This document shows, piece after piece, positions 26,523-39,600 of a DNA stretch of 64,000 bases. Source of the DNA: Nemertoderma westbladi (lineage: Eukaryota > Animalia > Xenacoelomorpha); NCBI GenBank assembly GCA_032718475.1, contig JAUCBJ010002115.1, forward strand, positions 39,891-103,890, read 5' to 3'. A program made the translations under genes and the position numbers. Each line of letters begins with the position of its first letter. The stretch's first letter is position 1. The notes under the pieces were generated by a model. That model did not search any database. It was not told the DNA's origin and saw only the letters and a program-made list of their open reading frames with translations.

Positions 26523-29500
26523 CAATGGTGGTTTAAATACCACGTTGTCGCCGCCCTGTCTCATTTTCTTTGAGCCCTCCCCCACAACGGCGTACCAAAC
26601 GCAATCGTCCCGCAGTTGGCCCGCGATCTTAGAATACAGTTTGTATTCCTCCGAAGTATCACTTGTAAAGTAACCCAACATGTTTCTCTTTTTGGGCTGA
26701 AATAAATAATTATACTTAAACAGAATATCAGAAAGTTATTAAAATTATAAGTTGTTTGTTTCTAGTTGATTTAAACAATACCCTTTGAGCTGCAAGCCTT
26801 CAGCTATAAGTTTTAATTATCAATGTTAAAATCATTATATCTACACATTCGTGAACAAAAAAGTAAAATATATTGATTACAGAAAAACTATATTGCATTA
26901 ATAAAGTCCCAGAAGTTGAGTATAAAATGACCGCTGTAACCAAGGCTAAATAAAATTAATCAAGCAGTGCGAGAAAATACCAGATGGCGGATTGGGAGAA
27001 CGGGTTTATAGATAAACCAAGCGTAACTAACACTCTCCCAATAATCGGAGATTGTAACTGACTAAACAACTGGGTAGCGGAATGGTATAATCGTTAACAT
27101 AAGCCGCGACGATTACGTGAAGCGCTACTTATCTACTGTTATTGGGAGTTTCAGAAATCCAAATAATAACCACTCAAAGTGGAAAGTTAAAGGAAACGAA
27201 AATACCACGAAAACAAAATAGATATTATAATAATATCAAGACTAAGTTCTTTCGAGCCACAGAGGAATGTCTACTTCTATACGAGGGTGAGACCTGGACA
27301 TTGACTAAATCACTTGAACAACGAATTGATGGTAGCTACTAGAGTTGAAACAGGTTCTCTGGATTCTCCGGGCAATTTTTTGGTCTCTGGACAGGTCTCT
27401 GGTTCCCGGGTATTGAAAACAGACATTTTACCAAGAGATCAGTGATTTTTCAAATTAAATATAGATATATCTTGAACGAAAACAATAAAAATTGAAGATT
27501 TTATCACAAATATTTTTTTACTATAAAAATATTTACTTTAGTTTTTAACTATTTTTAATACATCGCTTCAACAAAATTATTAGCAACTTTTACCCTATTT
27601 TTAAGCATGACTCATACTAAATGAACCGGTAATCATATATTTAATTTAAGGTGCGTTTAATTTTAAGTTAAATTAGCACCTAAAGAGGGTTCTTATTTAA
27701 GAATAAGGGTTGAATTTGAATTTTGAAATTGAATTTGAGCTCACATAAAGTTTAAATGTAAAAGTAAAGGCAGAGCTCTTTTCACCTTGTTGTAGGTATA
27801 TATTACGGCGTCCAAATGAAGAGAACGAGCTTAACGATACTTGCAATAGGATCGAGTAAAGTACAGCACCTGTGCACTAACTATATTCGTAAATGACCAA
27901 GTTTATAGAATACATTAAAAAGTATATGATAAGAACAGTTTTAAATTAAGTGTCTTTTTTATTTAACAAAGTCCCTATGTAGGAAAACAAATTATAATTA
28001 ATGTAACATATTAACATTAACCCATACTGTACTTGCGGTTAATTTTTCATTAGGTAAGGGTTGAATCGGTTTAATTTACTGTAATTCAACCATAAATAGT
28101 TATCAGTTCATACGTACCTGTTTTTTTGCTATAACCAAATTATAAGTACAAAAATAAACAAAGTCTGTGATCTCTGGCTCTGGTCTCCGGTATTTTCCAA
28201 AATAATTCTCTGGGTATGTCTTGTCTCTGGTTCACCGGGATTAAGAAAAACAGGTCTCTGTTTCAAACTCTAGTTGCTACACAAGACTACTAAGGGCAGC
28301 CCTAAACATCAGCTGGAGACAAACGCCGTGCTTTATGGTACAATACCACCTGTATCACCACCCTCCGTGAACGGAAGTAAAGATTCAGTGGGCACTGCTG
28401 GCGAAGTAAAGACGAGGTCATACCAGATCTACTTCTCTGGCAACCAACTCATGGAAAGCGTAGTCGTGGACGATCGGCCATAACATATATAGATCAACTT
28501 GAAAGGGATACTGAACTTGGGAGAAACGAAATTGCAACAACTGTGGAGAATCGGAAGCCTGGAAGGATCTCATTTCCACTGTCCGAGTTCGCTCGACCTA
28601 GTAGTAGTAGCAGTAGTATAATAATCTCCAGGGGTAAAAACATTTAGCGATTACACATGGGTACCTGTTGTCGGTATGGTAAACCGAGCTGCATTATACA
28701 TTGTTTACACGATTTCGATTCATGATAACTGTATTATTGTATAAGTATAGTGTGATAAATTTAATTAGCTTCACCAGCAAATCTTACAAACATAATCGAT
28801 GAAAAACATCCGGGGTAACTCACTTTAAAGGCAGTCAATACATGTTGGAGGGTTGAAACTATGGGTTCCCTAGAGTTAACAGCCTCAAAAACACTTAAAC
28901 CTGCTCTGGGATAGAACTCACAAATTCCACTTAAATTACATTTAAATCAACAATGTAGAGCATGACGCAAACAAGCTAACGAGCATGATAATTATTTTAT
29001 AAGGAATGATTGAATACCGCGGAGGGAGGGAAGCCATATAGTTGTGGAAGCGGATAGTACTGCGCAAATACCACAACTACTGGGGAGACATTGTAGTTAT
29101 GGGAATGCAAGAAGCAGCTGTCTTGCCGCGTTCAACTCTGACAGAGTCTATAAAAACCTACCGCACATCTAGCTATAATACAGGTATCGATTTAATGGCA
29201 TGTAATCTTAATTGAATACCCCCAAGCCCGAACACGGGGGGGGGGGGGGGGGGGTAAGTACAGGTCCAGCCCCCCCACCCCAAGAAACTGAATGATACAT
29301 GCTACTAACATCAACATCATCTAGGCCATCCATATCTTGGAACTTAATAATATTTTCCGACACTTGTTCCTTGATGAATTCAGTGATAGCATCGGCAGTC
29401 CGGGGTCCTCTATACTCCCTTCGCAAGAGTTTGCCATTACGGAACAACTTTAATGTCGGATATTTAGAGATTTTATATTTCTCGGCAACGTCACCTGAAT

Positions 29501-31303
29501 AAAAAATAAATAATATAATAACAGAACAAAAAAACGCAACTCCATCGAATAATAAATATCATTAAATGATTAATTAGGCAAACTTACGTGCGCCCTCACT
29601 GTCCACTTTTCCAAGAACAATCTTTCCCGGTTGTGGAAACTCACGCACCAAGTTCTCAGCGGCAGTGTCATACACAGGATTCAGTGCTTGACTGAACCTG
29701 CACCAGGAGGCATAGAAGTTAACAAAGACCACTTCATTGTTGGTTATAACGCGATCAAAATTCCTCCGATCTAGAACGATTGCACCTTGACCTGATACCA
29801 ATTGAATGCTAAAAACCTAAAATAAACGGAAATAATCTGACAATCAGGCATCATACAGATTTCAAGGGATCCCGTTATAGGAAACTAAATAAATATAATA
29901 TGCTAACGGTAGTATATCCTATTCTATGCAGCTGGTTAGGTTACCGTAGGGAAACACGGAAATAGAGCTCGCCTCTTTACGCATTGAGCGACGAAAACGT
30001 ATACCGGTACCGGTATTAAAGATGTTAACACCCGCTAAATCAACATTGTAAGTCCAAAAAATTAAATCAATAACATATAGTACATGTACAACAGTACAAG
30101 TACATAGCTGCATAGGCTACGACAGCTAGTTAGTTAGTTAGAACTAGTTATTTTATTGACCAAACCGGGTTGAGAATTATACAATAATAAACAATATATG
30201 GTTGCACGGATTAGTCCAACTTAGCACAAACACCAAATTCATTCAATAAACACAATATATTATTTGTCTGTAAACAATAGACAATACAATAGGCCCCTAT
30301 ACAAACCGATAATATTAAAAACAACTTTAACTTTTACAATCAACTTTCACATCTAGAATATTAAAAACAACTTTAACTTTTACAATAAACTTGCACTTCT
30401 ACAATATTAAAATATTACTTATATTTGAAAATAAACTTAACTTATACAGTTTTTAACTTTTGTAATAAACTTTTATTTTAACTTTTACAGTTTTTTAACT
30501 TTTGCAATAAACTTTTATTTTAACTTTTACAGTTTTACAGATTACAAAGTTCAAGATACTCATAACATCGCTTAAGTACCTTAAGCTACAGCAAATATGA
30601 AAAAGAAATCATCTTTACAGAAGTAAAGTAAAGTAAATTTCTTCGGCCGTTAGGCCAGGGATTACGCACAAAGTCTGACGACTTATTTCCAGTGCGGTTG
30701 CGGTCCCCCTAGAACTATATACTACCCAGAGCAGAGGAAACTCCACTACTCATTTAAGGATCCAAGGCAGATATGCACCCTGGATAGTCCCTTCAAACTG
30801 TCAAACCGTCAACCATTACACCAAGGTGAAACTTTGCACTTTTGCCTGTTTGCAACTTTACTACAGAAACTAAGCTAACTCGATTGCGAGAGCTTGCGAC
30901 CAATGAATGTAGGCCTAATGGTCGAGTTTGGCAGGTGGCAGCCTTTGCTGTTCATCATTCAGTCATTATAAAATGTGAAATGACTACAGGCAGTGATTAT
31001 TTCTGCATTTGGATTAGGCCCTAACGTAATGTGTACTCCGTCCGCACTGCTGCTATCTGGCAGTCAGGGGGTCGGGCTTTACTGTAATATACTTCTGTAG
31101 GTACTTCATACTTACACTTATGGACTTGATACAGCTGTACAGTAAGCAGGTAAGTACAGAAGTAGTTTAAAGTATAATATAGTTTATAGTATAGTTTATA
31201 ACAGTTAGACAGTACAGAAGTATAATGCAGACTTCCTGACTTCAGGACTTACCATAAGTAACGAACCAACACCAAATAACCTTGTAACAACAGAGTTCAC
31301 CAT
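26523..31303 (-). CDS. ERP44: ER resident protein 44 (PDI family); 5' four exons only
   Basis: Exons 31303-31253 (signal peptide MVNSVVTRLFGVGSLLM), 29816-29588 (FVNFYASWCRFSQALNP, diagnostic CRFS), 29494-29310 (ISKYPTLKLFRNG...REYRGPR), 26696-26523 (PKKRNMLGYF...GDNVVFKPPL). All are GT-AG and in phase. The 3' exons were not found. Confidence 0.93.
27236..28617 (+). mobile_element. 3' fragment of RTE-type LINE (family 1) split by a hAT-like insertion
   Basis: 27236-27339 and 28273-28617 align collinearly with 41403-41740 plus 42751-42893, and end in a (TAG)n tail. Confidence 0.88.
27340..28272. mobile_element. hAT-like MITE with 8-bp target site duplication
   Basis: Ends TAGAGTTGAAACAG ... 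CTGTTTCAAACTCTA. Flanks GTAGCTAC / GTTGCTAC; the uninterrupted LINE copy has a single GTTGCTAC. Confidence 0.85.
30621..30802 (-). mobile_element. SINE/LINE 3' end remnant with (TTTAC)n tail
   Basis: Minus strand ends ...CACTGGAAATAAGTCGTCAGACTTT...TTTACTTTACTTTACTT, resembling L2-type 3' tails. Confidence 0.4.
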
Positions 31304-33286
31304 TATTAAATTATTGCAAATATTTTGAAATCAGCTCCGGTCTGCCGGTAGAGTAGTAGACAGGTAGAGTGAGCCTGAGAGCAGAGGTATATAAAACGAA
31401 ATTACAGAAAAATATAAAATTATAGGCCTAAACTACAGACAGAGAGAACTAGGCCTATTGCATATTGCAGTATCCTAGCCTACTGAAACTGAATTAGGTG
31501 TTACTGCAGTACTGTGTTAAGCACAAAATTAAATACTGAAATACGGCCAGACGGTACTGCTGTTCTAAGGTACTGGCAACGTTGCTGCGGTATTTCAATC
31601 GGCAGATCGGTCTGTCGGTAGACGTACTGACTGAGACTGACTGACAGACTGACCTAGGCGAAGAGGGCTATCAAAAATGCAATAAACTGACAGACTGACA
31701 AAGCTCAGAAGCTTGAAACTGTATCTGATATCGTAACACACACCCTGACAGCAGCGCAGCACAGACACATTTGGGATTTTGAGCTCTTCCTGACCTGCTG
31801 CTCTGCTGCTGCAGTGCTATCAGATATGGCAGTATGGCTGTATGGGGTGCATGTAAAGAGCGGACTGCGGATTGCCAAAATCCGCGCGGTCAATTTGAAT
31901 TATCGACTTCCAAACTAAGAAAAGAATCCGCTCTTTGTCTGTTTGTTGTCTAGCTAGACAAATGGCGGACTGAAGCCGGTAAATTGTAACAGTTAGTGAT
32001 AGATAGTTAGTAAAAATGACAGTTAGTGGTTGGTGGTAGGTGGTAGGCTCTAGGCTAGGCCATACTGCCATAGACCTACTGCAGTACTGTGACTGTCATA
32101 CCGGTCTGCCGGTAGGCCTACCTGATCTGTAAATACTGAAATACATGTCAGCATGTGCAGATGTGCATGCAGGCAGGCAGGCATGGGACTGTCAGCGTCG
32201 CGTACCGTCCACCGTCTGACCGTAGTACAAAAGTTGGCCTACAATCAACAATAGTATAAATAAAATAAAAAGTATAAAAAGACCTACAACAGTAGGCCTA
32301 CAACTGCAGCACTGCCAGACTGCAGCACCACCTGACTGCCTGACCAAAACTGCACGCACAGCAGCACAGCACATGACAGCATGACCTGCAGTCTGCCAGT
32401 CTGATAAGCTGATAAGATAAAATAAGATAAGATCATTCTTTTATTACCAGACTGGAATCTCTATAGCAGAATCTCTATCTCTGTAGCACATAAAACAGTA
32501 AAACGTGTGCACAATGAACTGAAGAACGTTTAAAAACTAATATTAATTACGAATTATATCATTTAGAATTGATTTATTAAGTTAATAATTTATACACAGG
32601 CGAATATAAAATGTGTGAAATTAAAGTAGATATTACACACTGACAGCTTGTACAATAACAGAATAAAAAAGTACAGCAGATAAGACAGCAATGGTACACG
32701 TATAGTATTGTTAGACAGTTAAAGTGCTGCATTGCCTCTGTGTGCTCTGTATTATATCCTGTAGCCAGGGCATTTGACGCAGTGCATAATGTTGTTGGTG
32801 GGTTAGTTTTCAACCAAGTTTTGTTCCTTTTATGCGACGAAAATGGTTTAAAACTAGGTCAACCGACTACGTACCGCACGTACAGCACTGGTTTGTGTTT
32901 CGCAGTTTAGTTTTCTAATTCCTTGGCTGCGCCGACGCCGAGGCATTAGTTTCTACGCCGGCGTGGGTCGGTGCCTGCTTGTGTGCGCCGGAGATCTCCC
33001 CGAAAAAGCTGAGAGATTCCAGTCTGGTTTTATTAACAATACTTTAGCGTGCTTGGAAAAGTGACACCAAAGGCAGTACAAAAGCGAGAGTACTATTATG
33101 ATAGGCCGCCTAGTTACTTTAATATAGCGTCAGTCAAAGGCTGTCCAAACAACCTGTTAGTACAAATACTAAAAGACTACATACAGTATAATTACATAAA
33201 TGTTAGAATGTAACAATTACTGATAATAGCTACCCGTCTACAGGTCTAGCCGTCTCACAGTCTGCCAGTACAGCAGTAATATTGAA

Positions 33287-33627
33287 GGTAATGTAGCGTT
33301 AGGTCCAAATCGGTATACCTTAGGTCCTAGAGCGTTAGGTCCCGTAGCTTTAGGTCCTGGCGCATTAGGTCATGTTGCATTAGGTCCTATTGCATATATC
33401 TGACTGTTGAATCTCTATCTGTCTATTAATCTATTCTACAATATAACTCTCGTTTATCTAAATATCTAACTCTCGTTTATTGTTTTGGTTCCTTTCAACT
33501 CGCCTCTGTAACCTGCTCCTTTACTAACCTGCCTGGTTTTGGAGGCACTGGACCTACTGACCTAATGGCACGGCTCTAACGCTACCAGGACCTAAAGAGC
33601 CAGGACCTAACGCACCATACTGTAACC
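33287..33627. mobile_element. Foldback MITE A: TAGGTCC/GGACCTA repeat arms, shared core, 8-bp TSD
   Basis: ATATTGAA at 33279-33286 and 33628-33635; GG...CC ends; core at 33474-33525. Confidence 0.8.
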
Positions 33628-34609
33628 ATATTGAATATAGTGCAGCTTCCTCTCCTTCCTCACCTCTCCTTCTCCTATACCCATATACTACGTTTTAACA
33701 AGTTCTAGATCGTGATCAGCGACCTCGAACTCGAAAAATTCAATTTTGGGCAGTATGAAATTTTATGGTAATTGTGTATTTTTCGTCCCATCAGACAAAG
33801 CACCAGAAGCGATAGTTGCGATACCATGAAAGATTTTTAACAAGTTGTATCATGATCAGCGACCTTAACAACCAGTGTTATACAGTAGCTTCAGAAATAC
33901 ACAAACTAAGGCAAAATTTAACAGGTTGAAATTTTTGCTACTTGTGCTTTATTTCATCCAAAAATGATGGTTACAATTTCCAGAAACATGTTTAACTATT
34001 ATCATCGTGATCAGCGACCTCGAAACCTCTACAGCACAGTATAATGTAACAGTTTTTACAGTAGTTTTACAAATGTTCTAAGACCCTAGGCCTACTTGCA
34101 ATTTTCGTCCAAAATACTGTAAAGCACAAAATATGATGGGTTGTAACGTCAGAAAACATTTTAAACCAGTTTTTATCCTCAAAATCATATTCCTTCAAAA
34201 TTTTGATTTTTCAGCCATGATGTAAAAAATTTCTAAAATGATCGCCACCCAAACCACACCCTTTGTCCCCCCCCCCCCCCCCCCCTTATTTTTGTTATTC
34301 CACACCAGCCTTACGAAATTATGACAATTTAAATTTTCTAGAACTATGTAACTAACAAATTTTCTAACAAATTTTGCTAACAATTCATTTTTCTTTGAAA
34401 GTTTATAAAATAATACTGTAGAACAATTGATAGCTAAATGGAGCAGAACAAACTTAGCAATATTGGGGTTTTGAGTCCATGAATATTTGAAGTTTGAGAA
34501 ATTGCTAAGGTACTGTATTTCGTAATATAATATAGGTTCGGGCCCTGCTACTGTATCTTGAATTTCAGGGTAGCTTGTCACTTTTATGTTTAACTCATGC
34601 TAATTTTTC

Positions 34610-35196
34610 GGGTGACAGACCGAACGTAATCAGGATCGAATGTAACATAGTTTTTACGAATCGAACGTAACCTCAATTATGTTACATATTGGATCCTATA
34701 ACTATGTTACATTCGATCTACAAATTTCTAAGCCCGAATGTAACATACATTTATTTCAGTTGTGTTTTGATTTCAGGAGTTAACCGATGAAATGCTTCAT
34801 TTATTTACAGGAAGAAACAGTTTGGTGTTGGTTAGTACAAAACAAAGACCCAATACCCAATTAAGTAACCTGCATAATCTTGTAACATGTGTTAACTTTC
34901 GTTTATTGTTTTGGTTCCCCATCACGCCTGTGTAACCTGCTCCTTTCTGCCTTTAAATAAAAGTAACCTGCATAATCTTGTAACGCGTTAACTTTCGTTG
35001 ATTGTTTTGGTTCCCCCAATACGTATCTGTAACCTGCTCCTTTAAATGGCAATGTTACATTCGGGCTTAGTAATTTGTAGATCGAATGTACAGTAACATA
35101 GTTATACTGTAGGATCCAATGTAACATAATTGCGGTTACGTACGATACGTAATAACTATTTACATTCGATCCTGATTACGTTCGGTCATGTATCCC
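34610..35196. mobile_element. Foldback MITE B: GACCGAACGTAATCAGGATCGAATGTAA arms, tandemly duplicated core
   Basis: Arms 34610-34748 and 35052-35196 are inverted. Core at 34900-34946 and 34997-35044. Flanks AATTTTTC / TATTTTTC. Confidence 0.82.
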
Positions 35197-36174
35197 TATT
35201 TTTCTGATTTTAAAACTTAATACTGTATCATATAAAGTTGTTTGTTAACTACGGTACGTCTTGAGGTCTCCTCGACATTTTATTTACTTGAAAGGTATAG
35301 GCCTAAAGTATCCTACAATAAACCGAACCGTCAGTCAAATATTAAATTAAAGTTGTTCACAGCAGTACTACTGTACTATGATTTGGGTACACCCCCACAA
35401 GTTTTTGTTACTTTTTAATGTTCTAGAACATTGTCTCTTCATTTTTTATTAATTTTGTTCTAGAAAAAATATTTTTGGTTCTAGAACATATTACAAAATG
35501 TGTTTTTTGGTGTTTTTTTTGTTTCAATAGTGTTAAAACAATTCCTAACAACTACCGTGCAAATTTTCATGGTAACTAATGATTTTAATTATTTAGCTTG
35601 TAGTTTTTATTAGCTAGTAAAAATATTTTATTTAAAAATGTACGACAACATATGTTAGCAATTGTAAATAAAAGTAAATTTTGTTCTAGAACAAATATAG
35701 TTTGGTGACAGTGTAATTGGCCAGATTAGTTTCTCATAACTGGTACAATTGGGAAGAATTCCGGTGTGGGTTTTGTTAAAAACACACACTATTGCTCAGT
35801 GCTCACCTCATGGAACCTTAATTGTAGAAAAAATATAACGACTCTGCAGTTGTTTGTACAGAGTAAAAAAACACCATACCTTAATGGTTGCCCTGAGCGT
35901 TCAGTTTTGTAATCTTTATAACAATAAACATCCAATCAAGTTTCTTCCCCGAGGCAAAGGTCGGGGCAACAAAAAAAAGATTACAAAAAACAAACTTTTG
36001 TTTTCTCGAGTTTTGTAAAATCATTCGAACGAGTTTACTAAAGTCGGGGAAACAATAAGAGCTTACAAAACTGGCCGCAAATGCCCACCATACACCTTCC
36101 CTTCATATTGTTTAGTGGTGAAAAACTCACCAATCGCCAGCCACCGCTCATTAAATAGAGCAAATTCTAAAAGA

Positions 36175-36681
36175 GCAGTGAGTTGTAGCGTCGAGCTGTA
36201 GCGGTGAGTTCTACGGACGAGATGCTGCGGCGAGCTGTAGCGGCGAGCTGCAGCAGCGAGTTGTAGCGGCGAACTGTAGCGTCGAGTTTAGCGGCGAGCT
36301 GCAGCGGCGAATTGTAGCGGCGAGTTGCAGCGGCGAGTTATAGCTGTGAGTTGTAGCGGCGAGTTGTAGCTGCGAGTTGCAGCGGCGAGTGTATGGCGAA
36401 TTGTAGCGGCGGCAAGTTGTAGCGGCGTGCTGCAGCGGCGAGTGTAACGGCGAGTTGCAGTGGCGAGTGTAGTGGCGAGTTGCAGCGGCGAGTGTATGGC
36501 GAATTGTAGCGGCGAGCTGCGGCGGCAAGTTGTAGCGGCGTGCTGCAGCGGCGAGTGTAGCGGCGAGTTGCAGTGGCGAGTATAGTGGCGAATTGTAGCG
36601 GCGAGCTGCGGCGGCAAGTTGAAGCGGCGAGCAGCAGCGGCGAGTGTAGCGGCGAGTTGCAGCGGCGGGCTGCGGCGGCAA
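36175..36681. repeat. GC-rich ~13-bp degenerate tandem repeat (GCGGCGAGTTGTA)
   Basis: Directly visible. ORFs 36211-36681 and 36288-36692 are artefacts. Confidence 0.9.
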
Positions 36682-39600
36682 GATTCTGTCAAAATTTGAA
36701 TTTTTAAAATAGGGTAGTGCGCGATAAAATTATTGGGCTAGAAACAGATGTCATTTGTCAGAGTGTTTTTTTGTATAAAACCACTTGGATGGTTGCAATG
36801 GATTTAAGTATAAGCACGTCTAGCCAGTTATGAAAATCGGCTTTGCCTGTGATTGGTTATTTATTGCAGATATGACGTCATAAATCGGTTATTATGGCTT
36901 ATTATTTTTACCCTAATATTTTACCTTACTGTATTCTATGCAGTGTGATTTTTGATCCATTTTCATATACAGTACACATTTAAATCTCAATCTAAATTCA
37001 ATCCCATTTTATAATAATTTTATTTATTTTAATGATGATTTTACGTTCAATAAAGCCGCTTGAGCACGGATTTCCGGAATAACACTACTACTAAATAATA
37101 TCTAAATAATAATAATATAAATTGAAAGCGGAGTCTTGTGCATCTTTTGACACTACACAGTACGTTCATAAAAATGCTATTTGCAAATGCAAACTCGGCA
37201 GATTGTCAGCTAGCAACACTGTACATGATATCTGTATCAATTATTCTACAGCACTGTGTAGGCTTACATGCTGTATGCACTCGCACAGCCCTATCGCATT
37301 ATCAGGGCTTTATTGCAGTATTGAATTACATACAATTAGTTCGGTATTGCCGCCGGTAGCCATTATTAAATATTCGATTACTGAGTATGAGTAGGCTATC
37401 GCGATACTGAAGACTGCAGCGGGAGGAAGGGCTTCTGCTGCCCATACCACATCTGGGTGCAGGTGCATCGCAAACTCGTCCTTGTCTGTGACCTATTTTT
37501 TAACTATTACATTACAGTGAAAATATAGTTACGTATTTCTTTCAATCGATAATACACGGCCCAAATTAATGTACAGTAGGATATTTGTTTTTGTATTGAG
37601 CTTATATACTGCGTTGCATGGCTGTACTCTTTTATCTAGGCTTTCTTTGTACAGTTGTATATTATAGTAACTATTGGTTTATGCAGCAGCTGAATGCTAA
37701 CGGTGGTTGGTGTAATGGGCTAACCCGTCCAACCACCGTCTACATTCTACATTATAACGAACCTGTCTTTAGACTGGGTAGTTTTTGTCTAAAGCTGAGG
37801 CCGGCAAAAACACGATGGATATATATATTTACCTATATCACTATATATATATGTCACTATATCACTCACTATGTATGTTCACCAAATGGCTTGAAACCAC
37901 TTGCATGCATTGTAAAATTGTAAACGCAAGTATTTATCAATTGTTGTCTAGTTGTTGAATAAAAAAGTTGGGAACGATTCGAAGTGCGATATTCGAAATA
38001 TTTGCATATTTTCAACATTATTGAACGCGAAATTAAATACCCACAACTCCCTTGCTTGAAATGTTTTTCAGGTGATTGATATTTAGCAATTATTATGAGG
38101 TTACTTACTACTGAAATCTGACAGAATGCCAAACGTATTATTATAGTTCTATCTCTATTCAGCCAGTTAGTGTAATGTCAAGCAGTACATCATTTATATA
38201 TCGTATGTATCTATAGGGCCTAATTGTCATCGTTATAATACTGTCATCAACTTAGGCTAAGCTCAATTGTAATGCAAAGGCTTAGTAGGTTTTGTATATC
38301 TGGGACGTTTACAACAGCTGTCGATTAAACTAACAAAACCATAAAACTGAACCAGGGTGGCTGCCAGCCGGGTACCAACGGCTGTTGGGTAGACTTAAGG
38401 GAACATTTCACAAACTTTCATAGGATGCTTGTACATGTACATTATATTGGTTGCTCCGATGTTTTTATTAGGCTAACTGAGAATGTATCAGGTATAAATA
38501 CTGTAATTATAGTGTTCTTTATTTTATTTATCTAATACAGAAAAGACCCCTCCGCAGAATAAACTGCTCTTTTGGGCCGTTTCTCAGGTTGCGGATATGG
38601 ATACCATTTCACACATCATCGTAGTAATTGTGATTATGATTTGTTTGCCTAGGCGAATGTGTATTACAGTAGATGGGAGGCAGTTTTTTGGTTGATGCAA
38701 GTCATTCTTGGTTTGCATCTTCCAATCCCATCTGTTTCTTGGAGTCTGTGTAAGACAGGTTCGTTTAAAGCCATCTTGATGGCGTTCTAGTTTCTAGAAG
38801 TGTAGAAAATTGTTATTCAATAAATAAATAAATAAAAACCTGGTAGACACTAGACAGGTAGATGGGGCATGGGGGGTAAACGCTTTGACTACACCTACCA
38901 GCCTACGCCTAACCACCTCTGCATCTTACACCTACTTGTAGGCGGCTGGGCGGTAGCATGCAAAAGAAGCAAAGAAGCAGGTTACATACTGTAGTCGGGT
39001 TGAAAGAAACCAAAACAATAAACGAGATTAGGAATATTAGTGTAGAAAAGCCAATTTAAAAAAAAAAGCAAAAGCAAAAAAGCAAGGCCTACCGGCTCAT
39101 GGTACAGTAGAGTTGCGACCACAAGCGGTTTACTCTCGCAACTGAAAGATATGACTGTGAGTATGAGAACCCTCCAGGAGAAATACCGGCTCGGTCGTCG
39201 CCCGGGTCAACAAGGACCGCGTCCCTCAGTGGTACACCAGGCTGGGGTCGATAAATTGGCTACTGGAACAGAAGACAGAGAAGAAAGAAGAACCAACCTG
39301 TTGAAATGTAAAAAGACACTAAAGATTTCTACAATGAACGCACGCACGCTGAAAGCACATAGCAAACAGGGTGACATGGTTGCTCTGGCAATGGAATATA
39401 ACATCGACATCATCTGCATCCAAGAACATCGGATTTGTCATGAAGACACTGCTATGAAGTACAATGACATTGGAAATGGTTGGACGTTAGTAACAAGCTC
39501 AGCACTAAGAAACTCGGCCAATGCATCAATTGGTGGAGTAGGAATTCTGCTAAGCCCATTTGCACTTAAGACCCTAAACATCATCGAATCTATAAATTCC

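Noticed and set aside
39090-39260. HDV-like ribozyme at the RTE 5' end
   Set aside because: Hairpins exist (AGTTGCGA/TCGCAACT), but I could not build the nested double pseudoknot.
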